A stretch of 64,000 bases of DNA from Alphaproteobacteria bacterium (GTDB taxonomy: Bacteria > Pseudomonadota > Alphaproteobacteria > UBA828). The stretch is taken from the NCBI GenBank assembly GCA_965237415.1, contig CBDEFM010000002.1, positions 3,296,001 to 3,360,000 on the forward strand. Direction: 5' to 3'. Under the pieces are notes generated by a model, which worked only from the letters and a program-made list of their open reading frames with translations, ran no database searches and had not been told where the DNA came from. Below, piece by piece: positions 61,912-64,000 of the stretch. Every line of letters starts with the position of its first letter. Position 1 is the stretch's first letter. Made by a program: the position numbers and the translations under genes.

Positions 61912-62103
61912 TCAACGCCGCCGCGTCGGGTCGTTGGGCCAGATCATGAAGGCGAGCAGCGCCAGCAGGAGCAGCGGCCCGGCGAGAGGAACGAACACCG
62001 CCAGCGCGATCGGCCAGCGCAAGCCGGCGCGCTGGCAGATGCGCAAGGCGGGATAGAAGAGCAGCGCCCCGAGCGCGAGGCCGACGACGATCTGGATCGG
62101 CAC
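61912..62103 (-). CDS. Small membrane protein, similar to its neighbour
   Basis: RICQRAG...VP...LAFMIWP. Confidence 0.55.
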   Translation of the reverse strand: MPIQIVVGLALGALLFYPALRICQRAGLRWPIALAVFVPLAGPLLLLALLAFMIWPNDPTRRR

Positions 62104-62175
62104 GGCCGCCGCGCAGTCTCGATCGTTCAGGAGGGCGCGCCGCGTCCCGCGCCTGAAATCCTGCGGGTTACCCGG

Positions 62176-63588
62176 TCAGACCGAATAGTACATCTCGAAT
62201 TCGATGGGGTGCGGGGCCATGAGGAAGGTCGTCTGTTCCTCCTGCTTGAGTTCGAGATAGCCGTCGATCAGGTCGTCCGTGAACACGTCTCCCTTCTTCA
62301 GGAAGTCGCGGTCGGCGTCGAGCGAGTCCAGAGCCTGGCCCAGGTTGCCGCATACCGTCGGCACGTCCTTGAGCTCCTCCGGCGGCAGGTCGTAGAGGTT
62401 CTTGTCCATCGCGTCGCCCGGGTGGATCTTGTTCTCGATCCCGTCGATCCCCGCCATGAGCATCGCTGCGAACGCCAGATAGGGGTTCGCCGAGGGATCG
62501 GGGAAGCGCACCTCCACCCGCTTGCCCTTGGGGCTCGCCGAATAGGGGATGCGGCAGGACGCGGACCGGTTGCGTGCCGAATAGGCGAGCAGCACCGGCG
62601 CCTCGTAACCCGGCACGAGCCGCTTGTAGCTGTTCGTCGTCGGGTTGGTGAAGGCGTTGATAGCCCGCGCGTGACGGATCACCCCGCCGATATAATAGAG
62701 CGCCATGTCCGACAGGTCGGCGTAGCCGGAGCCTGCGAACAGCGGCCTCTCGTCCTTCCAGATCGACTGGTGCACGTGCATGCCGGAGCCGTTGTCGCCG
62801 AAGATGGGCTTCGGCATGAAGGTCGCGCTCTTGCCGTAGCTGTGGGCGGTCATCTGGACCACGTACTTCTGGATCTGGAGCTGGTCGGCCGCCTGCAGCA
62901 GGGTGCCGAATTCGACCCCGAGCTCGTTCTGGCTGGGCGCAACCTCGTGGTGGTGCTTCTCGACCTTGACGCCCATGCCGGCCAGGTGCGTGACCATCTC
63001 GGCCCGCATGTCGTTCATCGAATCGACAGGCGGCACCGGCACGTAGCCGCCCTTCGTCGGCGGGCGGTGCCCCATGTTGCCCTCTTCGTAGGCACGGCCG
63101 GTGTTGTAGGGCCCCTCCTCCTGGTCGAGCATGTAGTAGGTCTCGTTCATCGAGACCTTGAAGCGCACGTCGTCGAACACGAAGAACTCGGCCTCAGGCC
63201 CGAAGTAGGCGGTGTCCCCGAGCCCGGAATAGGCCAGATAGATTTCCGCCTTCTTGGCCACGCTGCGGGGGCAGCGTTCATAGGCCTGCCCGGTGGAGGG
63301 TTCGATCACGTCGCAGGTCAGGATCAGCTGCGGCAGCGCCGAGAACGGGTCCATCACCGCGCTTGCCGGGTCCGGCATGAGGACCATGTCCGACTGGTGA
63401 ATCTCCTTCCAGCCCACGATCGAGGAGCCGTCGAACATAATTCCGTCGGTCAGCACGTCCTCGTCGACCGTGCGGACCGCCTGGGTCATGTGTTGCCACT
63501 TGCCGCGAGGGTCGGTGAACCGGAAGTCCACGAACTGGACTTCGTTCTTCTCGATCATCTCCAAGACGCTGTCCGCATCGCTCATCAC
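62176..63588 (-). CDS. glnA: Glutamine synthetase type I
   Basis: [39 protein letters not shown]. Confidence 0.98.
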   Translation of the reverse strand: MMSDADSVLEMIEKNEVQFVDFRFTDPRGKWQHMTQAVRTVDEDVLTDGIMFDGSSIVGWKEIHQSDMVLMPDPASAVMDPFSALPQLILTCDVIEPSTGQAYERCPRSVAKKAEIYLAYSGLGDTAYFGPEAEFFVFDDVRFKVSMNETYYMLDQEEGPYNTGRAYEEGNMGHRPPTKGGYVPVPPVDSMNDMRAEMVTHLAGMGVKVEKHHHEVAPSQNELGVEFGTLLQAADQLQIQKYVVQMTAHSYGKSATFMPKPIFGDNGSGMHVHQSIWKDERPLFAGSGYADLSDMALYYIGGVIRHARAINAFTNPTTNSYKRLVPGYEAPVLLAYSARNRSASCRIPYSASPKGKRVEVRFPDPSANPYLAFAAMLMAGIDGIENKIHPGDAMDKNLYDLPPEELKDVPTVCGNLGQALDSLDADRDFLKKGDVFTDDLIDGYLELKQEEQTTFLMAPHPIEFEMYYSV

Positions 63589-63658
63589 ACCGCTCCGTCG
63601 CCCGCTCGGTCTGTCCTCTGCGCGTCCGCCCTTTCAGGGCCGCGGTGCGCTGGCGCGC

Positions 63659-64000
<342 letters not shown>

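Overview
High-GC alphaproteobacterial chromosome segment, probably Rhodospirillales-like, judged from gene order (ffh-rpsP-rimM-trmD-rplS-leuCD, glnB-glnA, rluD-rpoH). Housekeeping blocks are interleaved with catabolic loci: a trimethylamine dehydrogenase plus aminomethyltransferase divergent from an ATPase-less HAAT ABC transporter with paired GntR-like operators; a LytTR/DUF2141/Tat-exported carotenoid oxygenase module; an AT-rich two-gene islet; an orphan ureE-ureG pair coupled to a flavin monooxygenase; and a nicotinate dehydrogenase/6-hydroxynicotinate reductase operon ending in a hydantoinase/oxoprolinase pair. Two notable signals are not called by the ORF track. (1) A 62-codon YHS-like gene (14050-14238) has an in-frame TGA followed by a SECIS-like hairpin and is a candidate selenoprotein. 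(2) A 265-bp TA-duplicating palindromic MITE (54568-54832) is inserted frame-neutrally into the third codon of livH, and its terminal repeat supplies a replacement start codon. No CRISPR, rRNA, integrase or transposase was seen. All calls come from reading the sequence and recalled family motifs; no searches were run.
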